From a virus, in the IMG/VR virus record IMGVR_UViG_3300027734_000039: 64,000 bases of DNA; one strand, 5' to 3'. Every line of letters starts with the position of its first letter. Within the stretch, counting starts at the first letter, position 1. Below are positions 46,101 to 54,414 of the stretch, in pieces. The translations under genes were made by a program, and so were the position numbers. Below the pieces are notes generated by a model. The model was not told the origin of the DNA. It worked only from the letters and a program-made list of their open reading frames with translations, and made no database searches.

Positions 46101-48837
46101 CAAGATCGATACGACCAAGATAATATTCAATATCAGCTTGGAAATTTGTATCAGGCTCAGCAATATATGTTGTGCTATAACTAATGAAGTTATTAGTTGT
46201 TGCTGGGTTTAAAGTAGCATTAGCAACAGATGTAGAGCTATTCGCAGTGTTAGCTTTAAACGGGCGGAAATCGGCTGAATCTCTCAAGTCGATAAATGTA
46301 TTATCCGATGAGATATAGTAAGGAATTTGAGCTGTTTGAATTGCATTTGTGTTGGCAGTGTTAGCATCATCTCTTGGATAAGAATCGACGGAGAAAAAGC
46401 CAACACCATTATTCAAATTAGCTGTGAAGTGATCTAACTTAACAGTTAGATATTCGTTACCGAGAAACCCAACGTATTTTGGGTTTAAAACAAGTTTACC
46501 ATGGTCATACATCTCATCTCTTTGACCATTGTCAAGATAAAAATAATTTGTAACATCGGTGCCCGTTGTTGAAAACGAAGCAGTGTTTGAAGTTACTGAT
46601 ACAATTCTGAATACGTCTGGTAAACCAAGGTTCCAAGAATTACCAACGGCAGCGTTAGCATAGATCTTAACGTAGCGATCTCTATTGATATCTTTCTTAG
46701 CCTGAACTGCTTGAGTTCTAAGCATTCTAAACTGAACCCAAACATTAGCTGATGATGTTAAAGCAGCTGCCGATGCAGTACCAGAATTAATTTCAAAAGA
46801 AGAACTATCAATTACATTAATGCTTCTTGATCCAGGATAAGTGTTATCCAATGGAATATAATAACCAGCTGGATAATGTTTACCAAAAGAAGCAGCAGTG
46901 TTTGAAGTTCCAGGAGCCGAACTAAGAACAATTTTAGTTGTATTTGAAGTTACGACTCTATAATAGTCTGTTGTAGTTGTATTAGCATGAATTCTTATAA
47001 ATTCACCATTTGCAAAAAACGTATTAAGGTTTGTGCCTGTTATATGAGTACAACCAGAAGTAATAGCAACGGTATTTGCCGAAACGTTTGCGCTTGAAAC
47101 GTTTGATTGTAAAGATACAATAAATTCTTTTTCAAGCGTATCACCAACAGTACCATTGCTATAGCCAATACTATCGGTACCACCAGCATATCCAGCAGCT
47201 GCAGCAACGGAAATATACCCATTTGTTTGAAGAGTAGCTTGAACTGTTTCGCGGAAATAAAATTGAGTTCTGTTATTTGCACCATTATTACTACGAAGAG
47301 TTTTAAGAGCTTTTTTACCGAATGGGAAAATAAGAGTTGATTTTCCGCTTTCTTCTAAAATTGCTTTTGAAGAGGTAAGAACAATATCACCAAAGAATTT
47401 ACCATAAGTTGCATCTGAATTGTAAATTGCCTTAGCATCAGTTGTAAAACTTTTACCGCTATTCATTATGATATCGGTTAAGTAAATACGATAAGTCGTA
47501 GCTGGTAAACCAGGATCGCCCTCATCATGAACAAAAGCTTTTAGTTTAGCAGTACCGATTTTAGTACCCGTTACAGAACCACCAGCAAGAGTTTTATTAG
47601 TAATTGACTGTTGAACTGTATCGTAAATATCAACTTGATCAAAAGTGCTAAAATCAAGAACACCAGAAACTTCGCTCAAATAAAGATAATTACCATAATT
47701 TGCTGTGATAATTTGTTGAGGCGCTTCTAGGGTTGTAACAGCTTTATCTGTATCAATTTTACGAGCAGCAAGATATTCAACTTGACTACCGTGAATATAT
47801 CCTTTACCAGAAGAAACTTGATAAGCAAAAGCTGCTGTATTAGCACCGACAATACTTTCGACTTGGAATGGTTTTGTTACATAGTCGCCAGATTCATCAA
47901 AAGTTCTCTGATTCATCATGTCAGACAAATCGTCATATGGCGTTTTTTTACGGTTAATTACAAGTTCATTCGAAATGTTAGAAAATTCGAATAAAGTAAA
48001 GAAAGTGTCGTTGTTTGCAATAGTTGTTCTATCTTTAGCAACAATCGTTGGAGTTAGTTTAAGACGATGTGCACCAGGAGCGTTTTCGTTCGGATAGCCT
48101 AATGCATTGTCGTTAAGAGAACTATCATTGTTTTCTGTTACAATTGATTCTACTGTTTCAAACCCAACAACATAACTCGCAACGTTTTGATCATAATCTC
48201 TAACGATTGTATATTGGTCATCAACGAGTTGGAAAAAACCTTTTTGATAAACGATGCCGTCTTCTACACGGAAACCATATCCTGTGCCAATAGCATTAAT
48301 AGTTGCATTTGTAGAAATAACGTTAATTGTATTAACAAGATTATTTGCATCAAGAACATCAAGCTTGCTCTGATTAGCGCTGTAAACAGAAATAACTTCG
48401 CCGTTCGAAAATGTAGTTTTATTATTAGCGCCAGTTGTCAAGTACTTAACATAAAAACGATTTGTATCTGGGTAGTCTAATAAAGAACCAGCTTTCGTAA
48501 CAACCGAAACGGCTCTAACGTTAGAAGTTGCACCAACTAGAAGATATTCGTTTGTAATATCTGTTATGAAAGCATTTGCATTAGCAGTAAAATTATCAGA
48601 AACACGAACATAAGGTAAATTAGCTAGAGTTGTAGGATTACAACCTTCTATAACCGAACCGTCTTTGAACATATGATTGCCAAAACGTTCGATTTGAGCT
48701 TGTTGAATAGTTTGAAGCTGAGTAAGCTCTCTAGCCTGAACTGCTGTCGAAGGTCTAAACAAAATACGATAGTAATTTTTAGCTGGATCGTAATCATCGA
48801 AATAAGGAGATACGTTAAAATCAGTAGTTAAAGGCAT
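43111..48837 (-). CDS. Large baseplate/structural protein (VrlC/DUF4815-like)
   Basis: FNVSPYFDDYD..KNYYRILFRP..AVQARELTQLQ, NAPGAHRLK, RTFDESGDY, YTMKDIG..E.RI..LEYYT.L..LE, RFKNGIF.D, DPLGQSF, P.V.DLRAIA. Confidence 0.88.
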   Translation of the reverse strand: MPLTTDFNVSPYFDDYDPAKNYYRILFRPSTAVQARELTQLQTIQQAQIERFGNHMFKDGSVIEGCNPTTLANLPYVRVSDNFTANANAFITDITNEYLLVGATSNVRAVSVVTKAGSLLDYPDTNRFYVKYLTTGANNKTTFSNGEVISVYSANQSKLDVLDANNLVNTINVISTNATINAIGTGYGFRVEDGIVYQKGFFQLVDDQYTIVRDYDQNVASYVVGFETVESIVTENNDSSLNDNALGYPNENAPGAHRLKLTPTIVAKDRTTIANNDTFFTLFEFSNISNELVINRKKTPYDDLSDMMNQRTFDESGDYVTKPFQVESIVGANTAAFAYQVSSGKGYIHGSQVEYLAARKIDTDKAVTTLEAPQQIITANYGNYLYLSEVSGVLDFSTFDQVDIYDTVQQSITNKTLAGGSVTGTKIGTAKLKAFVHDEGDPGLPATTYRIYLTDIIMNSGKSFTTDAKAIYNSDATYGKFFGDIVLTSSKAILEESGKSTLIFPFGKKALKTLRSNNGANNRTQFYFRETVQATLQTNGYISVAAAAGYAGGTDSIGYSNGTVGDTLEKEFIVSLQSNVSSANVSANTVAITSGCTHITGTNLNTFFANGEFIRIHANTTTTDYYRVVTSNTTKIVLSSAPGTSNTAASFGKHYPAGYYIPLDNTYPGSRSINVIDSSSFEINSGTASAAALTSSANVWVQFRMLRTQAVQAKKDINRDRYVKIYANAAVGNSWNLGLPDVFRIVSVTSNTASFSTTGTDVTNYFYLDNGQRDEMYDHGKLVLNPKYVGFLGNEYLTVKLDHFTANLNNGVGFFSVDSYPRDDANTANTNAIQTAQIPYYISSDNTFIDLRDSADFRPFKANTANSSTSVANATLNPATTNNFISYSTTYIAEPDTNFQADIEYYLGRIDLVTMNSTGGLGVIKGTPSEKPVRPINDTDTMILSYGFVPPYPSLSVREAEAYNRKDYAVRTQLVTNRGYTMKDIGTIEARINRLEYYTTLNLLEQKANSLQTPDSNGLNRFKNGIFADPMNSHALAQSDDIEYRYSIDFDRGYGRPLFDSENIDLIYDSTNSSGITLTGKIITLPYTHEKYINQPFATKYRNTTQEIWSWKGSVDLYPSYDMNRDEKNLPNVDASIDLTTPFLNFANVLSKSTNTTIFGTRWGDWRTTKSSSSSDGETITTTTEQVRNGTNTFVTSTKKTFDLGKYVTDITIQPYMKSRTVAFIARNLKPNTKIYAYFDDTAVSQYCAPATLNTALGATLKDIVEAANKTGRLDSILTRTATLGTQLVTDSSGALYGVFVIPEGQFRVGDRQLQLIDSDSLITGADAALTRASAVFTASSISLSTRNATITAVEPVFTQSAMTDNRTVTSESPVPREDPLGQSFYVEPPNEQSGVYITKLDLFFKSKDPTLGVKLAIVGMNNGVPDATMTYGVSRLASSAVNVSNTAATATTFVLEQPIFLAANKEYAFYVEPEGGSPEYKLWMAETGGTDIITGAQVFGNPYTGEAFRSSNARTWTSLPKEDVKFNLYVANFTVGTGTALFTNENDEYFKYSGLTYPNANTSLRSLSVGDQVYMINSTSNISITNTSVSGYLQSYDTTQSILTLDSSNGGFSTGKTIGIFRLPQQSNTTQANTTTLIATATINTISNPLLHSIVPRFATMLPMNTTLNLDYKGISNTNVVDINWNTLSMDEEREMLDYERVVYSKSNEGATKSLTIRSTMTTTNKYISPVIDLSRKSALVVENLINNDSTNEANTRYGSAISKYVSKPVVLADGQDAEDIKVIVGAYRPINTDVEVYVKFLNADDGSNINSKVWTKLENANPATRSSPIDIYDFREYEFNIPTSVPSTNPYAGYKNASNSYILEYTDSTGAIYRSYKSFMIKIVLLSSNRVYVPKVSDLRAIALQV

Positions 48838-48852
48838 ATTCTGTCCCTATTA

Positions 48853-50403
48853 TTAAACCTGAACAACTAGCTTGAACAATTCGGTTTGAGTGTTCGAACG
48901 ATTAATATTATTTATGTTTTGCACGTAAAGTGGTTTTAGATCTTTTGTATAAATCGCACCCATAGTGTTTATAGAAATTGTAGTTGTAGTTCCACCAGAG
49001 CTATTTGATAGATATTCGCCATCTGTAAAAAACTTATCACCTGTTAAATGTACGGTAGTTGAATTTGATAATGCAACAGTTCCTTTTGCGCCACTTGTTT
49101 TACCTGTAACTCGTTCACCAACTGCGAATGTATACGAAGGAGAAACGTTTGCGTAAAGAGTAGCGCTAAAAGTATTAGATTTATAAACAGACATCTTAGC
49201 GCCAGTTGATACATTCGCTGCATAAGGATTTCTAATTAAACCAATTTTATTATAAACAACATTTGATGTTAAAATAGTATTACCTTCGTTATTCGCAAAA
49301 GTAAAGTTTATACCTAATGCTTTCATATTTAATTCAGATGCAGGATCGGAACCATGACCGCCTGGAGGGGGAACGATAGCATATAAATTAGCGCCACTGC
49401 CATAACTTGTGTTACTTTGAATTACTACGTTTGCTCTAGAAACATTAGCACCGATATCTAAAATTACAACAGAATTAATGGAATTAGAAGAAGTATTAAC
49501 AGTAGCATATGCAACTGGGGTAGTTCCATCTGTATCAAAAACAACAGCTGGTGTAATTAAATATTTCGTAACCGAAGGAGTTATATTCGTTGTATTAGCT
49601 TCGCCGTCAAGATAAACCCACTTACCGCTAGAATTAGAAACGTAAGAAGAAACAGTAAATAATTGCGAAGTAGTATAACCAACATTATAGATATAGATAG
49701 CACTTTTCGTATAAAAATCGTTATCAATTGAAGATGTAGATTCAATTTCAATTAATGTTGTATTTGGATTACTTTTAATAGTTCCATTAGAATAAGCTGA
49801 ATACCCAGAACCAGAATTCGAAATCATAACAACTTCAACGCCAGAATTATTTAAAGCAGAAGAAACGATAGAGGAGTTTGGGTAAACAGGAACATATTCG
49901 CCTGTCGCAAAAGAATCGTAGTTACCACCAGAAATAGATGTTATGTATCTCCACTTATAACCATCGCCTGTAGTAAACGTAGTCGTTTGTGTTGGCGTTC
50001 CGATCGAAGACGGTTTAACAGTAGATTTAGAATTATTTGCATTATCAATACACTTATAAACTAGATAACTACCGCCTGTTGTAGCAGGTTCTGTTATAGC
50101 ATAAAAAATATTATTTGTATAAAGTGTATTTGATGTGTTATCATAACGCTCATATAGAGTGTTTGAAGTCCATAAATTTCTCGAAATCATTGGTAAAATG
50201 TTACTACTAGTTAATTTTTTACCAAACAACATTTGCCAGTCGTTAGTAAAACTAGTAGAATAATCGTCATTTGTTAAAGATGGAACTGCGTTTTGAGAAA
50301 CAGGATTTGCGCCAAAAGCATAATAATTAGATGTATTCGCTGCAATATTGTCAACGATTTCATCATAGATAGCTTTTTTATACGAAGGAAGTATCTTACC
50401 CAT
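48853..50403 (-). CDS. gp8: Baseplate wedge subunit
   Basis: R..W.S...Y..YD, VYKCIDN....ST.KP, DGYKWRY, PP.GHGSDP..EL, Y..N...I.R...QTE..K.V. Confidence 0.85.
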   Translation of the reverse strand: MGKILPSYKKAIYDEIVDNIAANTSNYYAFGANPVSQNAVPSLTNDDYSTSFTNDWQMLFGKKLTSSNILPMISRNLWTSNTLYERYDNTSNTLYTNNIFYAITEPATTGGSYLVYKCIDNANNSKSTVKPSSIGTPTQTTTFTTGDGYKWRYITSISGGNYDSFATGEYVPVYPNSSIVSSALNNSGVEVVMISNSGSGYSAYSNGTIKSNPNTTLIEIESTSSIDNDFYTKSAIYIYNVGYTTSQLFTVSSYVSNSSGKWVYLDGEANTTNITPSVTKYLITPAVVFDTDGTTPVAYATVNTSSNSINSVVILDIGANVSRANVVIQSNTSYGSGANLYAIVPPPGGHGSDPASELNMKALGINFTFANNEGNTILTSNVVYNKIGLIRNPYAANVSTGAKMSVYKSNTFSATLYANVSPSYTFAVGERVTGKTSGAKGTVALSNSTTVHLTGDKFFTDGEYLSNSSGGTTTTISINTMGAIYTKDLKPLYVQNINNINRSNTQTELFKLVVQV

Positions 50404-50430
50404 TTTATTCCTAATATCCTCTAATCAGTT

Positions 50431-50643
50431 TTAAGTGTTTGATTCTAAAGTTGGTGGCGTAGGAATAATTTGAATTTGACCATTAGAATAATAATATTTA
50501 TCCGCAACTATACTGTTATTACAAGTAACCCAAAATAATGGTTCTGCAATGTCAAAACCGTCTTCATCAACCTGTGCTATTCTAACGCCAGTCGAATTAT
50601 CACAGTTATATACGATTTCTTGAGGTGAAATTAATGCTTTCAT
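50431..50643 (-). CDS. Small fibre-partner protein
   Basis: MKALISP.E...RIAQV....F.IA.PLFWV.C...AD.YYY; immediately follows the glycine-rich fibre. Confidence 0.7.
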   Translation of the reverse strand: MKALISPQEIVYNCDNSTGVRIAQVDEDGFDIAEPLFWVTCNNSIVADKYYYSNGQIQIIPTPPTLESNT

Positions 50644-50644
50644 T

Positions 50645-52111
50645 TTAGTACTCCACAATCACAACACCAGTTGCGCCAGCGCCACCATTTGAGTTGTTCC
50701 CGCCGCCGCCGCCGCCGCCATAGGCTTGACCCGCAACGCCGGTAAACGCCACCGCCCCCGTAGTAGCAGAGCCAGCAGCACCCCCTCCCAAAATGCTGCT
50801 ACCGCCTGCACCGCCCAAATTTCTTACATAGCTGATGGAGCTACCGCCACCACCACCGCCAATGTTTAGATCGCCACCTGACCCAATGCCACCTGCGCCA
50901 CCATTGGCAAAATAGCTGGTAGACTGGCCCCCACCACCACCACCCGTTGCAGAGCAATACGCACCAAATGATGATGTTCCACCTGTCCCACCAGCACCAG
51001 ATGTGCCAGCAGCACCGCCAGCGCCAACCGTAACGGAAACTGTTGCTCCTGGAGTAAGGCCAGTAATTATTTTAATGGCCGCCCCGCCACCACCGCCGCC
51101 TGCCGATGCCTGCTCATTAGCGCCACTGTAGCCGCCGCCACCACCACCACCAACAACTGTGACTTTAACTTTTGTTATGCCAGCTGGTATTGTAAACGTT
51201 CCGTTAGCAGTAAATACTTGCCAGTTAGAAAACCCACTAAGTGCAGCAACTGTTTGTGTCGAACCATCAGGAAACTTAACACCACCAGTAGTCGATTCGA
51301 TAGTACCAGCAACAACTAACTTTTGACCTGGAGCAGTGTTACCGATACCAAAATTACCGTTAGCGACATGATATGCCGCAGTACCAACAGTAAACGTGTT
51401 TGTAGCTGAACTATTGGCATATGTTGAACTGTTAGCAGTAAGAGCTTGACCAGAAAAATATGTTGAATTGGCTACTAAAGAACCGTTAACAGCAAGGGAA
51501 GTAGAATTGATAACAAGATTTTGACTTGTATTACCTACTGTAATAAAAGTATTTACTGTAATTTTACCAGTAAATGCTGGATCAGATATTGTAGAATAGT
51601 TTGCAAGATTATTCGATAGGTTAAACGATGTTACATAGCTAGCAAGATTACCAGATAGTTGTGCATTTGAAACGACATTAGCAGCCGAAACGGTCCCAAC
51701 GAACGATGTATTATTAGCAGTAAGAGCAGCAACGTTACCAGATAAACCAGCAGTAGTTTGATAACTGGAAAGATTGCTTGTTAATTGTGCGTTTGAAACA
51801 TAATTTACAAGATTACTTGTTAGCTGTGCGTTTGAAACATAATTTACAAGATTAGCTGATAGTTGTGCATTTGAAACCACGTTAGCGGCAGCTACCGAAC
51901 CAACGTATAGTGTATTATTTGCTCTACCAGAAAAAGAAGTCGAGTTTACCGTAGCGTTAACAGAACTGTTACCAACAGTAACGGTATTACTGATAAATGC
52001 ATTAGCATAAAGCTCAGTAAAATTGCTATTAATTTTATCAAACGCAGTACGTAGCGGGTCGCCAGTGCCATCGTTTGGTAATGTTCCTATGTTAACAGTT
52101 TGCTTTGACAA
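50645..52111 (-). CDS. Baseplate-anchored fibre: gp9/gp10-type N-terminus, repeat shaft, glycine-rich tip
   Basis: KQTVNIGT.PNDGTGDPLR.AF.KIN.NF.ELY; TTG start with AGGAG RBS; VFTANGTFT.P...VVGGGGGGG...G.V.VEY. Confidence 0.8.
   Translation of the reverse strand: MSKQTVNIGTLPNDGTGDPLRTAFDKINSNFTELYANAFISNTVTVGNSSVNATVNSTSFSGRANNTLYVGSVAAANVVSNAQLSANLVNYVSNAQLTSNLVNYVSNAQLTSNLSSYQTTAGLSGNVAALTANNTSFVGTVSAANVVSNAQLSGNLASYVTSFNLSNNLANYSTISDPAFTGKITVNTFITVGNTSQNLVINSTSLAVNGSLVANSTYFSGQALTANSSTYANSSATNTFTVGTAAYHVANGNFGIGNTAPGQKLVVAGTIESTTGGVKFPDGSTQTVAALSGFSNWQVFTANGTFTIPAGITKVKVTVVGGGGGGGYSGANEQASAGGGGGGAAIKIITGLTPGATVSVTVGAGGAAGTSGAGGTGGTSSFGAYCSATGGGGGGQSTSYFANGGAGGIGSGGDLNIGGGGGGSSISYVRNLGGAGGSSILGGGAAGSATTGAVAFTGVAGQAYGGGGGGGNNSNGGAGATGVVIVEY
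51770..51877. repeat. 39-bp tandem repeat (about 2.8 copies) encoding VSNAQL(T/S)(S/A)NL(V)NY
   Basis: tgtgcgtttgaaacataatttacaagatt recurs with a 39-bp period. Confidence 0.85.
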
Positions 52112-52151
52112 CTTTTTTTCTCCTAATGGAAATGATATTTATCAACTTAAA

Positions 52152-54413
52152 TTAGACAAAATAACTATCATCCAAATCAGCTGTAAATTCAGCATTATCT
52201 GCCGTTAGATTATCAAAATCTGATGAAAAATTATAAATGGTTTGTTCAGCTAAAACTTCCATCAATGAAGCTTGAGTGTTAATTAAACTGAACTTTCCAA
52301 ATAATTCTGAACCAGAAGTGTGGAATGTATTATAAAGGATTTCCTTATATTTAGCCAATACTTCGGCAACTCTAATTTCATAAGAAAAATCTTGATAGTA
52401 ATAACTATCTTGAATATACTTGTCTGAATTTAAAAAACCTCGAGTTGTTGACCAGTAACCACGTCCTAATCCAACACCAGTTTTTTTAACTCTTCCGATA
52501 ATTTCACTTGTTGTATTAAATTCTGTTATCGAAACAGAAAGCACTGCTCCGGATCCGTTAGCACTTCTAATTCTAGTTACAGGAACGTCTGTATAACCAG
52601 AACCAACATAAGTTAACGTTACGTTTGTAATTGCACCAGAACTATTCGTAGAAACGAAACCGTCAGCAACCGTAGCAGCGCCACCGCCAGCGAAAATTAC
52701 AGCATCGCCATTTGAATAGTTTGTTCCTGGATTTATAACAGATATATTATTTGAAATACCACCATACAAGTAAGCTTTTACAAGCTCGCCTTCTATATAA
52801 CCCTTACCAGAGTCGACTGCAATAGCTTTACTAGCAATATTATTACCAGAATTTACAGGTGCGTCAATCTCTTCATTAATACCATTAATAGTACCATCTG
52901 CTCTATACATTAATGGTTCGTATAAAGCGAAATTAGAAGGTAAAATTACAGGAGCTGCTCTATATTGAGCTGATGATGTTGAATTTTTAGACGGCGGTCC
53001 ATAAAGAATTATGCTAGTATTACTAACGACTTGTTTAATTACTGCTAATTCTATTGAAGAACTAAGGCTCGAATTAGCTTTAAGTTGAATTACGTCGCCA
53101 TTTGAATAAATCCAATTAAATATAGTATTAGTACCAGTAATTGTATTAGAAGTAGAATTATAAGATACGTTACCAGGAAGAGCTTTCGAATATTGACAAG
53201 ATCTAACGAAAACGTTTGCTGGTTGAGTATAACCGTTACCAGTTCTAATATTAGTTAAATTTAAAATTGTTCCGAAAACATTATTCGTATACGAAAAAGC
53301 TATTCCGATGTTAGAAGACTGATTAGCTGATGTATTACCAGGAAACCCATAAGAAGCCGCATTGATTGCTAAATTAGAATAGTCGCAAATAATATCTGTA
53401 TTATATTCTACCGTTTGTGTATTAGAAACGGGAGCTAATTGAAAAGAAGCTCCTTGACCGTTAGCGCTATTTTTATAAACGAACGTTGCAGCGTTCGACA
53501 TATAACCGAAACCACCTTTTACAACGTCAAAGTTAAACGAACCAAACCCTCTTGAAAGTTCAGTAATTTTTAACAGACCATTAACGCCAAATGATATATT
53601 TTGACCGTTTGAAACATCGTTATGGGCAATTTTAACAACGTCACCAACAGCATAATTTTGACCACCGCTAACAATTGTTAATTCTTGTAAAGAACCAACT
53701 ACAGTTGGCGCAGAAGTTACTGCAGCTGTATTTCCGATATTACCAACTACTACAATCTTTTCACCTGGATTGAAATCACCACCACGTGGTGAAATGTTAG
53801 AAAGATAAATTATGTTTAATATGTCTCTATTGAAGGCTTCTTGAATATAATTTTCAACAACAGCTGTTGTTTTACTCGAAACGCCAACGATTTGTTTTCC
53901 AACCAACGAAGATAAATTGCTATTTTTAGTAACTTCTAAATATCTTGGTTCTATCCAAGTACCATCCGAAACACGAAGCATATCTTTACCAGGAAGATAA
54001 ACGTCAATATCTTCGTTATAAATTAATTTAAATAAAAGTTTATAACATTGAATAGTACCCTTAGAACGATAAACGTCAAGGATGTGTTTTAAGAGAAATC
54101 TCTTATTAGCAATAATATTAAAAGGAATGCCATACAAATATTTCTTTTGAAAAAACTCTAGGAAATTTTCTAGGGTATTATCGATATCTCTATATTCTAA
54201 TATAGATCTAGCTTGATATAATGGAGGCAATAGTGGAGAATTAACACTATTAACAATAACGTTGTTAGCTGAATCTCTTAATTGAGTTTGGCTTTCTGCC
54301 CATTCGTAATATGCTTTAGTGAACAATATGAAGTTCTCGCCCTCTTCTTGGTAGAATTGAGGGAACTGATTTTCAATAAAATTCGATATTGTTTTTTCTA
54401 TTCTAAAGTCCAT
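52152..54413 (-). CDS. Baseplate wedge initiator (gp7-like)
   Basis: QFP.F..E....F..F.KAYYEW, DID.T...F, Y.SKGT..YK.LF...Y, SDG.W, IQDSYYYQDFSY, H.SG..LFG; follows gp6. Confidence 0.8.
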   Translation of the reverse strand: MDFRIEKTISNFIENQFPQFYQEEGENFILFTKAYYEWAESQTQLRDSANNVIVNSVNSPLLPPLYQARSILEYRDIDNTLENFLEFFQKKYLYGIPFNIIANKRFLLKHILDVYRSKGTIQCYKLLFKLIYNEDIDVYLPGKDMLRVSDGTWIEPRYLEVTKNSNLSSLVGKQIVGVSSKTTAVVENYIQEAFNRDILNIIYLSNISPRGGDFNPGEKIVVVGNIGNTAAVTSAPTVVGSLQELTIVSGGQNYAVGDVVKIAHNDVSNGQNISFGVNGLLKITELSRGFGSFNFDVVKGGFGYMSNAATFVYKNSANGQGASFQLAPVSNTQTVEYNTDIICDYSNLAINAASYGFPGNTSANQSSNIGIAFSYTNNVFGTILNLTNIRTGNGYTQPANVFVRSCQYSKALPGNVSYNSTSNTITGTNTIFNWIYSNGDVIQLKANSSLSSSIELAVIKQVVSNTSIILYGPPSKNSTSSAQYRAAPVILPSNFALYEPLMYRADGTINGINEEIDAPVNSGNNIASKAIAVDSGKGYIEGELVKAYLYGGISNNISVINPGTNYSNGDAVIFAGGGAATVADGFVSTNSSGAITNVTLTYVGSGYTDVPVTRIRSANGSGAVLSVSITEFNTTSEIIGRVKKTGVGLGRGYWSTTRGFLNSDKYIQDSYYYQDFSYEIRVAEVLAKYKEILYNTFHTSGSELFGKFSLINTQASLMEVLAEQTIYNFSSDFDNLTADNAEFTADLDDSYFV

Positions 54414-54414
54414 T

